Assembly (NCBI GenBank): GCA_000166095.1
Contig: CP002278.1
Location: forward strand, 330,001 to 362,000
Length of the DNA: 32,000 nucleotides
DNA from: Methanothermus fervidus DSM 2088
Lineage (GTDB): Archaea > Methanobacteriota > Methanobacteria > DSM-2088 > Methanothermaceae
Reading direction: 5' to 3'
Shown here one piece after another: positions 9,159-18,365 of this stretch. Under the pieces are notes generated by a model, which saw only the letters and a list, made by a program, of their open reading frames with translations, had not been told where the DNA came from and ran no database searches. Position 1 is the first letter of the stretch. The number at the start of each line of letters is the position of its first letter. Both the position numbers and the translations under genes were made by a program.

Positions 9159-9595
9159 TTAACGTTTAATCAATTTTACATCAAACTGGCAGAAATCGTT
9201 TCCTAATCCAAAACAATGTGTTTCTTTTGCAACGACCTTACATTTAAGTATTTTTTCTAATGCACCTGCAATTATTCCAGCTTCAAAATCACAAAGAGTT
9301 TTTCCACATTCTGGTAATCCATAGCAAGATACACATTCATCAACTCTTATTTTTAGAGGATCTTTATCTACAACTGAAATTAATCCCAATCTTTTTTTTT
9401 AGAAATTTCCTTAAGTTCCTCAATACTTTTTGCATTTAATTTTTTTCCTAATTCTTTACCTGAATAATAAAGAAGAGACTTTGCAGCATCTTCTCCAATA
9501 TATTTTGCCAGAGATATATGCCTTAAACCTCTAAAAATATCAATACTCACTGTAGAACCAAGTTGTCTTCTCTCAGAATTTAACATTTTTAACAC
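9159..9595 (-). pseudogene. V4R (4-vinyl reductase) domain gene split by a frameshift at an A9 run
   Basis: Two overlapping minus ORFs (9380..9595 and 9159..9389) encode consecutive parts of one V4R protein: ...LLYYSGKELGKKLNAKSIEELKEISKKK | RLGLISVVDKDPLKIRVDECVSCYGLPECGKTLCDFEAGIIAGALEKILKCKVVAKETHCFGLGNDFCQF. Confidence 0.75.
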
Positions 9596-9605
9596 CTATT
9601 AAAAA

Positions 9606-10637
9606 TTAATTATTAATTATCCCTATCCCATTCTCATATTTAATTTTTATGTTTGAATATGACTCAAGTTCTTTAAGAAATATTTTGGCTTCTTCTGCAT
9701 CCATTGGTTGAGGATAACAATTTACAATTTTTATAGGATAAATATGAACAGTAGTACTAGTATTTTTAATAGTCACAACTATTATCATAGATTTTTTTGT
9801 TTCTGGGTTTTGTTGGTCAAATACACAGTTCCCAAGACTATAAAATATTAAATGACCCTTATATTTTTCTATACTTTCAACAACATGGGGATGATGTCCT
9901 ATAACCATGAAAGCTCCTTCATCAATACATTTATGCGATATCATTCTCTGAAATTCATTTGGAATTCGATGATATTCATTTCCATAATGAAATTCACAAA
10001 TAATATAATTAGCTCCCATTATTTTTGCTTGATGTATTGCAGATTTTATATGATCCCAAGAAATTGGTGCAAATCCTGGCCTGTTTTTGGTTGCAGGTTG
10101 TGAATATTCGTCAACAAATTCTGAAGCTTCTATGATTGCTATCTTTTTTCCTTTAATATTTACAATTAGTGGTTTATAGGCCTCTTGAATATTGGAACCT
10201 ACTCCTACATACATTATACCATTGTTCTTAAGATTTTTCATTGTATCATTAAGTCCTGACATTCCATAATCCATGATATGGTTGTTTGCAAGACATGCAA
10301 CATCGACACCACCTTCTTTAAGAAATTTTATAAATTGCGGATCTGCTTTAAATGTAACTAATTTTTCAGATTGATTATTTGAATAAGTGACAGGTGATTC
10401 TAAATTAATGATTGTTAAATCTGTATTGTTTGTAATATTGAGAATGTATTTAAATGGTTGTGGATTTTCATGTAAAACTGAATCTACACCACGTCCTAAC
10501 ATCACGTCTCCAGTAAAAGTAATATTGATAGGTTTCTCAGGTTTTGGCACTTTTTGGATAGGAATAAAACATATAGTTAACAAGGATGATAAAGATAAAA
10601 TTAAAACTATAAAAATTAATTTCCTTAACATAAACAT
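9606..10637 (-). CDS. CapA/PgsA family (poly-gamma-glutamate synthesis, metallophosphatase-like) exported protein
   Basis: ITFTGDVMLGRGVD, ANNHIMDYG, GHHPHVVE, IFYSLGNCVFDQ motifs; N-terminal hydrophobic segment. Confidence 0.88.
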   Translation of the reverse strand: MFMLRKLIFIVLILSLSSLLTICFIPIQKVPKPEKPINITFTGDVMLGRGVDSVLHENPQPFKYILNITNNTDLTIINLESPVTYSNNQSEKLVTFKADPQFIKFLKEGGVDVACLANNHIMDYGMSGLNDTMKNLKNNGIMYVGVGSNIQEAYKPLIVNIKGKKIAIIEASEFVDEYSQPATKNRPGFAPISWDHIKSAIHQAKIMGANYIICEFHYGNEYHRIPNEFQRMISHKCIDEGAFMVIGHHPHVVESIEKYKGHLIFYSLGNCVFDQQNPETKKSMIIVVTIKNTSTTVHIYPIKIVNCYPQPMDAEEAKIFLKELESYSNIKIKYENGIGIINN

Positions 10638-10689
10638 TATTTATTGGTTTTCCTGTATTAATAACTTTAATTTATAATGAGGTGTATGC

Positions 10690-12057
10690 ATGGAAATCCT
10701 GGAGAAGGTAAAAGCTATAAAAAATCAAGAAATAAGTGCTGTAGAAAATCTAGAGAATTTCATAGATACTATAAAGAAGAAAAATCCTAAAATAAATGCA
10801 TTTATAGAAATAGATGAAGAAGGTGCAAGAAAGACTGCAGAAGAGATAGACAAAAAGATAGCAAGAGGTGAAAAAACAGGTAAATTAGCAGGTTTAGTGA
10901 TAGCAATAAAAAGTAATATCAATGTAGAGGGTTTCACAGTATCTGCAGGTTCTAAAACATTAGAAAATTATGTAAGTGGTTATGATGCCACTGTAATAAA
11001 AAGAATAAAGAATGAAGATGGAATAATAATTGGTATGACTAATATGGATGAATTTGCATGTGGTTCATCAACAGAAACATCTTATTATGGTCCTACAGAT
11101 AATCCTTCAGCTCCTGGTTATATTCCTGGTGGATCAAGTGGTGGTAGTGCAGCTGCAATTGCAGCTGATATGTGTGATATAGCTTTAGGCTCAGATACTG
11201 GTGGATCAATAAGAAATCCTGCTGCATGTTGTGGAGTAATAGGATTTAAACCAACATATGGTTTTGTATCAAGATATGGACTTATAGACCTCGCAATGAG
11301 TCTTGATCAAATAGGTCCTTTCGCAAATGATGTTACAGGAATTTCTTTAATGCTAGATACTATCGTTGGATATGATCCTGCTGATCCAACAACAATGAAA
11401 ATAAAACCATCATTTACTAATAATCTAGAAGGAAATATTGAGAATATGAAAGTAGGTATAGTAAAAGAATTTCAAGAAGTATCACAAGATTCAATAGTTA
11501 AAGTTGTGAATGATATTGTTTCTGAGCTTGATGCACATGGCGTTGAAATTCAGGAACTTAAATTTGATTACATTGACTTGGTTTTACCAACATATTATTT
11601 AATTAACTTTGTGGAATTTTTCTCTGCAACTAGAAAATATGATGGACGTAAATATGGTTATAGAATTGAAGAAGTTTGTGGTGAAGAAGTGTTACGTAGA
11701 ATACAGATTGGATCATACATAAGCCAGAAAGAATATTCAGGAAAATACTATAGAAGAGCTTTACAAGCACGTTCATTAATAAGAAAAGAATTTATGAAAT
11801 TGTTAAAAGATGTGGATATAATAATAGGTCCTACTCTCCCGAAATTACCTCATAAAATAGGAACAGAAATTGAACCTTTAGAAATGTATAAATACGATAT
11901 ATTAACTTGTCTTACAAATCTTGTGGGAATACCTGCAGCAAGTGTAGATGTTGGAAAAATAAAAAATATCCCAGTAGGAGTTCAAATACAGGCAAAAGCT
12001 TGTGAAGATTATAAAGTGTTGCAGGCAGCACATGCAATTAAAAAACTTATTACTTAA
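10690..12057 (+). CDS. gatA: Aspartyl/glutamyl-tRNA(Asn/Gln) amidotransferase subunit A
   Basis: Amidase signature: [61 protein letters not shown]; SD gaggtg upstream. Confidence 0.96.
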   Translation: MEILEKVKAIKNQEISAVENLENFIDTIKKKNPKINAFIEIDEEGARKTAEEIDKKIARGEKTGKLAGLVIAIKSNINVEGFTVSAGSKTLENYVSGYDATVIKRIKNEDGIIIGMTNMDEFACGSSTETSYYGPTDNPSAPGYIPGGSSGGSAAAIAADMCDIALGSDTGGSIRNPAACCGVIGFKPTYGFVSRYGLIDLAMSLDQIGPFANDVTGISLMLDTIVGYDPADPTTMKIKPSFTNNLEGNIENMKVGIVKEFQEVSQDSIVKVVNDIVSELDAHGVEIQELKFDYIDLVLPTYYLINFVEFFSATRKYDGRKYGYRIEEVCGEEVLRRIQIGSYISQKEYSGKYYRRALQARSLIRKEFMKLLKDVDIIIGPTLPKLPHKIGTEIEPLEMYKYDILTCLTNLVGIPAASVDVGKIKNIPVGVQIQAKACEDYKVLQAAHAIKKLIT

Positions 12058-12073
12058 AACCAATAAAAACGTT

Positions 12074-12086
12074 AAATATATATATC
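12074..12086 (+). promoter_or_regulatory. Putative archaeal TATA box upstream of the tRNA gene
   Basis: aaatatatatatc about 50 bp upstream of tRNA 5' end, between gatA stop and tRNA. Confidence 0.45.
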
Positions 12087-12133
12087 AAAAATTCCCTTTA
12101 TTAATTTTACAGAATAAATCATTGAAATTAGTA

Positions 12134-12228
12134 GCCGGGGTGGCTCAGCTGGTTAGAGCGCACGGCTCATAGGGCTTGGCTGAGCCTGAGAAACCGTGAG
12201 GTCGCGGGTTCAAATCCCGCCCCCGGCA
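12134..12228 (+). tRNA. Elongator tRNA-Met(CAT) with 21-nt intron at the canonical 37/38 site (12172..12192)
   Basis: GCCGGGG/CCCCGGC acceptor, GCTC/GAGC D stem, CACGG/CCGTG anticodon stem, loop CTCATA^A, GCGGG/CCCGC T stem; intron gggcttggctgagcctgagaa can pair with exon (GGCTCA:TGAGCC) as in a BHB fold. Confidence 0.95.
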
Positions 12229-12777
12229 TCATTTATTTTTCTTAAATTGTACCCATAAGCCAGTTTCATCGTTAGTAATCTTGTATTTTGGAATTATAGA
12301 AGAATCAAGCTCAAAAATTAAATCGTTTACTTTTATACGTTTATGTTTGTGAATTTTATGTTTAAAATTAATTAAATGAACTGCTGAACCATATCCTCCT
12401 CCTATGTATGCAAATCCTCCTGGTTTTAAAACTCGATATATTTCATTAAATGCTTTTGTCCTGTTTTCCCAGAAGAACATAGAACCACGACTAACAACCA
12501 GATCTGCAAAATTTGTGGGAAATGGCATTCTATGGACATCAGCATGTTTTACTATTACTTTTTTCAATAATTTTTTCTTAGCTACATGTTTTTTCGCGAT
12601 ATCTATCATTTTTGGAGATATATCTATAGCAAAGACTTTCAAATTTGAATGTTTGGCAAGTTCTATAGCTAAAAATCCATTTCCTGTGCCTACATCTATA
12701 CATATTCCTTCATTAATTTTGGAAATTTCTAAAATATCCAAAGCTAACTTTTGGTAAATGATCTTTTTTGTAGTCAT
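12229..12777 (-). CDS. Class I SAM-dependent methyltransferase
   Basis: CIDVGTGNGFLAIELAK motif I, FADLVVSRGSMFFW, EIYRVLKPGGFAYIGGG. Confidence 0.88.
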   Translation of the reverse strand: MTTKKIIYQKLALDILEISKINEGICIDVGTGNGFLAIELAKHSNLKVFAIDISPKMIDIAKKHVAKKKLLKKVIVKHADVHRMPFPTNFADLVVSRGSMFFWENRTKAFNEIYRVLKPGGFAYIGGGYGSAVHLINFKHKIHKHKRIKVNDLIFELDSSIIPKYKITNDETGLWVQFKKNK

Positions 12778-12797
12778 GGAAAAAAATTAAGAAAAAA

Positions 12798-15311
12798 TTA
12801 TTTTCCATGTCTTTTATGAAGAATTTTATTCAAAGAAGTTACAATAGTTTTTCTTTTAACGTAGCTGGTCAACAATGCAATGACAAATACTAGGAGTAAC
12901 AGAATTATTAAGCTTGTATTTTTCGTTGATGGATAATTTAATTTTTTATTACTAATGAGTGGTTGTATTTTCTTTGCTAACTTTGTTCTGTATAGAGATG
13001 TTGCAGTTGCAAATTTATGTCTATAAGAAAATGTGTAAATCTTTAAATGTGAAATATATGGATGTATGTTGAAAATTCTACTTGTTTTACTGATTATCAT
13101 GGGGAAATGAAGAGTCTGTATGGTCATTGTTTGGATGGGAGGTCTTGTTAAAGTAGAAATTTCACTCAGTATATATGTCATCAACATTCTTATAGGATCT
13201 ACTCCAAGAGTCGTTAATTCTTTTAAATATTTTGAAGTAACTGGAATTACCTTTTCTATACTAATAATAGAATTTAATATGTCATGGTGAATTCCTTCAT
13301 TGTATATTTTGTCTAAATGCCAAAACAATGATGCTCTATTACTATATTTACTGCTAACATACCCCTCTAATGTCATTAACTCATCCATTGATTTTTCATT
13401 ATAATATAGAAGCATTGCTTTCCCTGTATTTTTTATTTTGTCCCATAATATTAAAATTGAATAATCAGCATACGCATTTCTTAAAGCTGGTAATGCATAA
13501 TATGTGGATTGAGAAGGAGACACTGCAAATGCAGTTGTCCTTCCAGATATTTGACGATTAGTCTCATCTGGAGTTACCAGTGCAATAAATATATAATATT
13601 CTTGAGATGATGGTGGTAACTTTTTCCATGCATATTCTGCTAGGTCATAGTATTTAAGTGAACAAATGCATCCAACTCTACCAATCACAGTTATAAAACT
13701 TTGAGGTGCATTTGCGGCCCATGCATAGGCAATGCCGGCAACTGCTGGTATTAGTGCATTTCCAACCATAAATGATGAGGATATTGCTGGGCTAATATCA
13801 AATATTTTTGTTGTATTTAATGCACCTTTTACAGGGTCAATGTCTATTCTTATACCACTGATTTTTAGCTGATCAATGTTACGAGTATTTTCATAATATT
13901 TTGTAGATTCAGGTTCTACTTTTATAAATGCTGTTTTTATTCCTGAAAACCAAGTCCAAGGATTTCTTATTTGTAATATATTTCTTATTGTAAAACCACC
14001 TTCATTGTATCCAGCATTTTTTAATAATTTTTTTGCAGCTAAATATATGCCATCTATGTATCCGACTAATGAATATTTTCCAAATACGTTACAATAATAA
14101 GGAGGAACAACTACTCCAACATACCCTTTTGCTAATTCATCTATTTTAAATAATCCTTTATTATATACACTGTTGAATGTCTCAACTCCTAAATTAAACA
14201 TTTTTGAATAATTTATTATAGGAAATATATCTGTAGCCCATGAAACCTGAGTATCTCTTAGTTTTTTGATGTAGTCCTTATCTACACCAGACAATAAATA
14301 TTTAAGATCTTTTTCTTCAATTGTTTTCAACGCTTCAATTTCAAATAAAGATTTGGGATCTTTTTGTAGTAATTTTAAAAGCCACATGAAATATTTCTCA
14401 TGTTGCCAAGGAATACCAGTTTCATAGCTAAATCTTTGTTTAAAATCTTCATCAAAGATTTTAGTCCTCATTAATGCCAATACTCCTGATTTTGATGTAT
14501 TATTATAACATATTGCTACCATTTCACCATGCTTCAAATTGGGATCATTTGTATAATAAGATTTAACGTCAAATCCAAATATTCCATACATAGGAAGATC
14601 AGTAGTATTCATTGGCATAATTATGTAGTAAAATCCTGAAGGTCCAAAAGTCAATGCAAAGGTTTTTAACATTGCATAGCTAGCTATATCTACGTCTCTA
14701 ATATCATTCGCTGAAAAAGTCACTGCTAACAAATCTGGTGGACATCCTACTGCCCAAGCATTTGCAATCCTTATTATATTCCTGCCCAGAATATTTGCAG
14801 CATTTGTAAGTTGTTTTTCAGACATTTGAGATATGGAGATGTAAAATGTTTTACTACTTTCAATAATATTGTTATTAATTGTGTACTTTTTTGCATAGAG
14901 ATCTCCATTGCTTTTTTGTGAAACAAAAACATACATTAATTCTCTAGGATTATTTAATAAAATTAAATTTCCATTGCTATATGTGATCCCTTTTTCTCCT
15001 GTTAAATTTGAATTGGAAAATGTATCAATGATTGCTTGTATACTATCTGTAGAATCTTTACTATTGAAAGAAATACTGCCTGCAGTGGTTATTAATAAAT
15101 TTCTTTTAGAATTTGTTAGGTCCAATATTTTATCGTTTAATGCATCTTTAGCTATTTTTTGGCCAGATATATACATTAAACTTGTTGAATTTACATTGTT
15201 AACTGCTGAACTTGTGTTAGACATTGTCAGTATTAATACTACTACTAATATTCCTAACAATCCTTGCCACTTCAAAATTTCACAACCTTTTTTTGAATGA
15301 CATGATATCAT
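12798..15311 (-). CDS. Large exported, membrane-anchored surface protein of unknown function
   Basis: N-term signal-like LKWQGLLGILVVVLILTMSNTSSA, C-term LIILLLLVFVIALLTSY anchor followed by basic tail; ORF opens at 15581 but the 5' part is low-quality AT-derived sequence. Start likely ATG 15311 or TTG 15275. Confidence 0.75.
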   Translation of the reverse strand: MISCHSKKGCEILKWQGLLGILVVVLILTMSNTSSAVNNVNSTSLMYISGQKIAKDALNDKILDLTNSKRNLLITTAGSISFNSKDSTDSIQAIIDTFSNSNLTGEKGITYSNGNLILLNNPRELMYVFVSQKSNGDLYAKKYTINNNIIESSKTFYISISQMSEKQLTNAANILGRNIIRIANAWAVGCPPDLLAVTFSANDIRDVDIASYAMLKTFALTFGPSGFYYIIMPMNTTDLPMYGIFGFDVKSYYTNDPNLKHGEMVAICYNNTSKSGVLALMRTKIFDEDFKQRFSYETGIPWQHEKYFMWLLKLLQKDPKSLFEIEALKTIEEKDLKYLLSGVDKDYIKKLRDTQVSWATDIFPIINYSKMFNLGVETFNSVYNKGLFKIDELAKGYVGVVVPPYYCNVFGKYSLVGYIDGIYLAAKKLLKNAGYNEGGFTIRNILQIRNPWTWFSGIKTAFIKVEPESTKYYENTRNIDQLKISGIRIDIDPVKGALNTTKIFDISPAISSSFMVGNALIPAVAGIAYAWAANAPQSFITVIGRVGCICSLKYYDLAEYAWKKLPPSSQEYYIFIALVTPDETNRQISGRTTAFAVSPSQSTYYALPALRNAYADYSILILWDKIKNTGKAMLLYYNEKSMDELMTLEGYVSSKYSNRASLFWHLDKIYNEGIHHDILNSIISIEKVIPVTSKYLKELTTLGVDPIRMLMTYILSEISTLTRPPIQTMTIQTLHFPMIISKTSRIFNIHPYISHLKIYTFSYRHKFATATSLYRTKLAKKIQPLISNKKLNYPSTKNTSLIILLLLVFVIALLTSYVKRKTIVTSLNKILHKRHGK

Positions 15312-15460
15312 TAGTGTAGTGTCTATAAATACATTTCGACTTAAATAAATGTAAAAAAATTTATCAAAAAAAGTACAAAATTTAAGAACTAAAGTTCCAA
15401 AAATTTTTTTAATAAAAAAAATAAAAAATATATGACTCCCGAATAGTAGGAAAATATATA

Positions 15461-15482
15461 TTGTTCGAATGTTATAGAACAA
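15461..15482. promoter_or_regulatory. Candidate operator: inverted repeat TTGTTC-N10-GAACAA directly after a TATA-like element
   Basis: Perfect 6-bp arms at 15461-15466 and 15477-15482; aaaatatata at 15451-15460; upstream of V4R gene. Confidence 0.35.
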
Positions 15483-15483
15483 A

Positions 15484-16026
15484 ATGGTGAATAGATATGT
15501 TAAATACACACATAGAAAAAATTCTACAAAAATGAAAAAAGATGAAAAAGACAAAGAGGTTTCTCTAAAAAATGTCATCACTTCTGATAGGAAATATTTA
15601 TTATCGTATGGTGTTAGTGGTTTTAGAGTACTAGATCCAGCAGTAATGTCAATTTTACATGGAGACGAACATCAAAGAGCTAACATGTTCTTAAATGGAT
15701 TTAAAACTGGGAAGTTATTAGTGAGGGAAGGACTTGTAACTTCTCTAGAATCTTTACAAAGATTTTTATTTGAAAACCAAATCATGATCCTAGATATATA
15801 TAAAATTTTAGATAAAGAGATTGAATTAAGAGTTTATGAATCTTTAAGAGTCTCAGGGCTGCCTAATATTGGAAAACCAATTTGTCACTATGAAACTGGT
15901 CTATTTAAGGGTGTACTTCAGGAAATTTTAGATAAAAAAGTCAAAGTAAGAGAAACAAAATGCAAAGCTCAAGGATATCCTTATTGTCAATTTAAAGTCG
16001 TAACAAAATATTACGACAAATTATGA
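15484..16026 (+). CDS. V4R domain protein (intact paralog)
   Basis: C-terminal YESLRVSGLPNIGKPICHYETGLFKGVLQEILDKKVKVRETKCKAQGYPYCQFKV; true start may be the downstream ATG at 15535. Confidence 0.8.
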   Translation: MVNRYVKYTHRKNSTKMKKDEKDKEVSLKNVITSDRKYLLSYGVSGFRVLDPAVMSILHGDEHQRANMFLNGFKTGKLLVREGLVTSLESLQRFLFENQIMILDIYKILDKEIELRVYESLRVSGLPNIGKPICHYETGLFKGVLQEILDKKVKVRETKCKAQGYPYCQFKVVTKYYDKL

Positions 16027-16029
16027 ACA

Positions 16030-16413
16030 TTAAGCATTAAGCAAAAGATAGAAAGTATGTGATCCGAAATTTCTAATTGCTGAATCAGTATCATTTAGAG
16101 TTCCACTAGAAGCAAGAACTTCACTTCCATTATCAACTATCAACTTATAACTTAACCCTGGAAAATTTTTTCTAAAAAAGCATTCACATACTCTTTTAGC
16201 ATTTTCTTTATCATTTGAATCCAAATAAAAACATACTTTTTCAAGTGTGGAATTATAAGGAGAAGGACAATTTGCCATCGTTGATAATATTTCATCAGCG
16301 TTACTCTCATAGAAAACTGGCATTTTAATATTACAGATAGTTGAAATAAAAATAAATAAAATAAGTAGAGAAAGTATTGCATCAATTGTAAATATATATC
16401 CTTTATCTTCCAT
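16030..16413 (-). CDS. Short N-terminally membrane-anchored protein, pseudopilin-like
   Basis: MEDKGYIFTIDAILSLLILFIFISTI then Cys-containing exterior domain; overlaps upstream gene by 11 nt. Confidence 0.6.
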   Translation of the reverse strand: MEDKGYIFTIDAILSLLILFIFISTICNIKMPVFYESNADEILSTMANCPSPYNSTLEKVCFYLDSNDKENAKRVCECFFRKNFPGLSYKLIVDNGSEVLASSGTLNDTDSAIRNFGSHTFYLLLNA

Positions 16414-17770
16414 GTTCTTTCTTCCGAATCATTTCTACAATTTTATTTTTCTTTTTAATAGCTTTTAATGCAGCATTTTTAACTTTCTCTTTCATTTCTT
16501 CAAAATCTTCAGGAGTTTTTTCTCCAACAACTTTTTTGATTTTTGTATATGCTGCCTCCCTAAACAATGGTTTTAATATTTTTTCTTCATTTTTTGACTT
16601 AAGCTTAGGAACTCCTGAATCATCTACATAGCCAACATAATCTATTTTTACTCCAACTTTAGACACAACGTCTTTAATTTCCTCACAAACATCTTTGGGG
16701 GCTATTACCATCAATGAATCTATTGAAACTCCCAATGGATCAATGTCCAATTTATTTAACATTTCTAAGACTCTAGGATTTATCAAATCAAATATTTTTT
16801 CTTTATTAAATACAAATCCTAATCCTGTTGTTGAAGATATTTCGTGGGCATCTCCTCTTAGACCACCATTTGTAATATCAGTCATGGCATGAATTTCATT
16901 TAACAATCCAGCATTGATAATTGCCTCACAAGCTTTCATAAAATCAATATTTAAAGTCTCATATATTACATCAAAAAAGCCATGATAAATTGCAGTAGTA
17001 GTTATCGTGCCTCCTCCAGAACCTTCAGTCATTAAAATCTTATCTCCAACTTCTGCTTTCTTTCTAGCTGTTGGAGCTGTGTTAGAAATACCTACAGCCC
17101 CAACAGCGCTCACAAGCCTATCACCTAATACCATGTCTCCGCCTACACGTAATGTACTTCCAGCAGTTATTGGAACACCTGTTAACTCTGAAACTGCAGA
17201 AACTCCTGCTGTAAAATCAAATAACTTACCTACATCTCCATCATCTGCAAGATGTAAATCACTTATTATGGCTATTGGTTTGGCACCCATCACATAAACA
17301 TCTCTAAGTGCAGCCCTTGTTACATGAAATCCACCAAGAAAAGGATATTCACTCAAACGAGAATGTATACCATCAATTGCTGTAGTAACATAGATATTTC
17401 CAAATTTTGATTCGGTTTTAACTACACCACCATCATCTTGTGAGGTAGGATCAACAACAGTTTTACCTTTACTCAAAGAAATTTCAGCTATTTTTCTATG
17501 TACAAAAAAATCTCCTTTTCCTCTAGACCCAACTCCCATTTCGCCCATTGTAACATTGGCTTTTGGATATTTAACTAATTCTTTCAGTTCTTTATCTTCT
17601 TCATTTATTTTAAAAGTATTTTTAACTTCTTCAATTACAGCTGAGGCCAATTTTGCAGCCTTTTCTTTATCTATTTCCTTAAATTCTCTTATTCTATTTA
17701 TTAATTTATTTTTAACTTTTCTTTCGTTTTCTTGTTTAAGCATTTTTCTTACAAAACCTTCCATGTCCAT
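16403..17770 (-). CDS. AIR synthase-related (PurM/HypE/SelD-like fold) protein, archaeal family of unknown role
   Basis: 455 aa; KTVVDPTSQDDGGVV, GGFHVTRAALRDVYVMGAKPIA, MTDITNGGLRGDAHEIS typical of PurM-like ATP-binding family. Confidence 0.82.
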   Translation of the reverse strand: MDMEGFVRKMLKQENERKVKNKLINRIREFKEIDKEKAAKLASAVIEEVKNTFKINEEDKELKELVKYPKANVTMGEMGVGSRGKGDFFVHRKIAEISLSKGKTVVDPTSQDDGGVVKTESKFGNIYVTTAIDGIHSRLSEYPFLGGFHVTRAALRDVYVMGAKPIAIISDLHLADDGDVGKLFDFTAGVSAVSELTGVPITAGSTLRVGGDMVLGDRLVSAVGAVGISNTAPTARKKAEVGDKILMTEGSGGGTITTTAIYHGFFDVIYETLNIDFMKACEAIINAGLLNEIHAMTDITNGGLRGDAHEISSTTGLGFVFNKEKIFDLINPRVLEMLNKLDIDPLGVSIDSLMVIAPKDVCEEIKDVVSKVGVKIDYVGYVDDSGVPKLKSKNEEKILKPLFREAAYTKIKKVVGEKTPEDFEEMKEKVKNAALKAIKKKNKIVEMIRKKEHGR

Positions 17771-18363
17771 TATTTCACCAATTCTACAAAGTTATTTAAT
17801 ATTTTTAATCCTAATGTTCCACTTTTTTCAGGGTGAAATTGTGTAGCATAGATATTTTTATGACAAATAACTGCAGGTATCTCAGAACCATGATAAGTAG
17901 TTGCAGCTACAACATTCCAATCTTTAGGTTTTGCATAATAAGAATGAGCAAAATAAAAATAACCATCTTTTATGTCATTTAACAATGGACATTCTTTTTT
18001 TATTTTAATTTTGTTCCATCCCATATGAGGTACTTTTTCAGCTGACAACCTTACAACCTTACCAGGAATAATATTTAATCCCATTACACCAGGACTTTCC
18101 TCACTTTCTGTAAATAATATTTGTAATCCCAAACATATTCCTAATATTGGTTTTCCATCCTCAACATGCTCTATTATTATATCTTTGAAAGGTTCTATAT
18201 TTACCATGGCTTTTTTAAAGGCCCCTACACCAGGAATTATCAATACATCTGCAGTTTTCAATATTTCTTTATCATTTGTTACATTAACATTGACTCCAAT
18301 ATTTTTAAAGGCATTCATAATACTTCTTAAATTTCCACTACCATAATCTACCACTGCAATCAT
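17770..18363 (-). CDS. hisH: Imidazole glycerol phosphate synthase, glutamine amidotransferase subunit
   Basis: VDYGSGNLRS, PGVGAF, GICLGLQILFTESEE, HMGWN, FAHSYY, ATQFHPEKSG. Confidence 0.92.
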   Translation of the reverse strand: MIAVVDYGSGNLRSIMNAFKNIGVNVNVTNDKEILKTADVLIIPGVGAFKKAMVNIEPFKDIIIEHVEDGKPILGICLGLQILFTESEESPGVMGLNIIPGKVVRLSAEKVPHMGWNKIKIKKECPLLNDIKDGYFYFAHSYYAKPKDWNVVAATTYHGSEIPAVICHKNIYATQFHPEKSGTLGLKILNNFVELVK

Positions 18364-18365
18364 TG

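Noticed and set aside
12850-13400. Possible separate gene at 13370..13561 (+)
   Set aside because: Antisense to the giant surface gene, no RBS or homology signal.
15312-15581. N-terminal 90 codons of the 12798..15581 ORF
   Set aside because: Phe/Ile/Tyr-rich translation of an AT-rich intergenic region preceding a signal-like sequence, and it overlaps the V4R promoter; start moved to 15311 or 15275.
16695-17846. Plus-strand ORFs 16695..16892, 17007..17297 and 17556..17846
   Set aside because: Shadows of the PurM-like gene.
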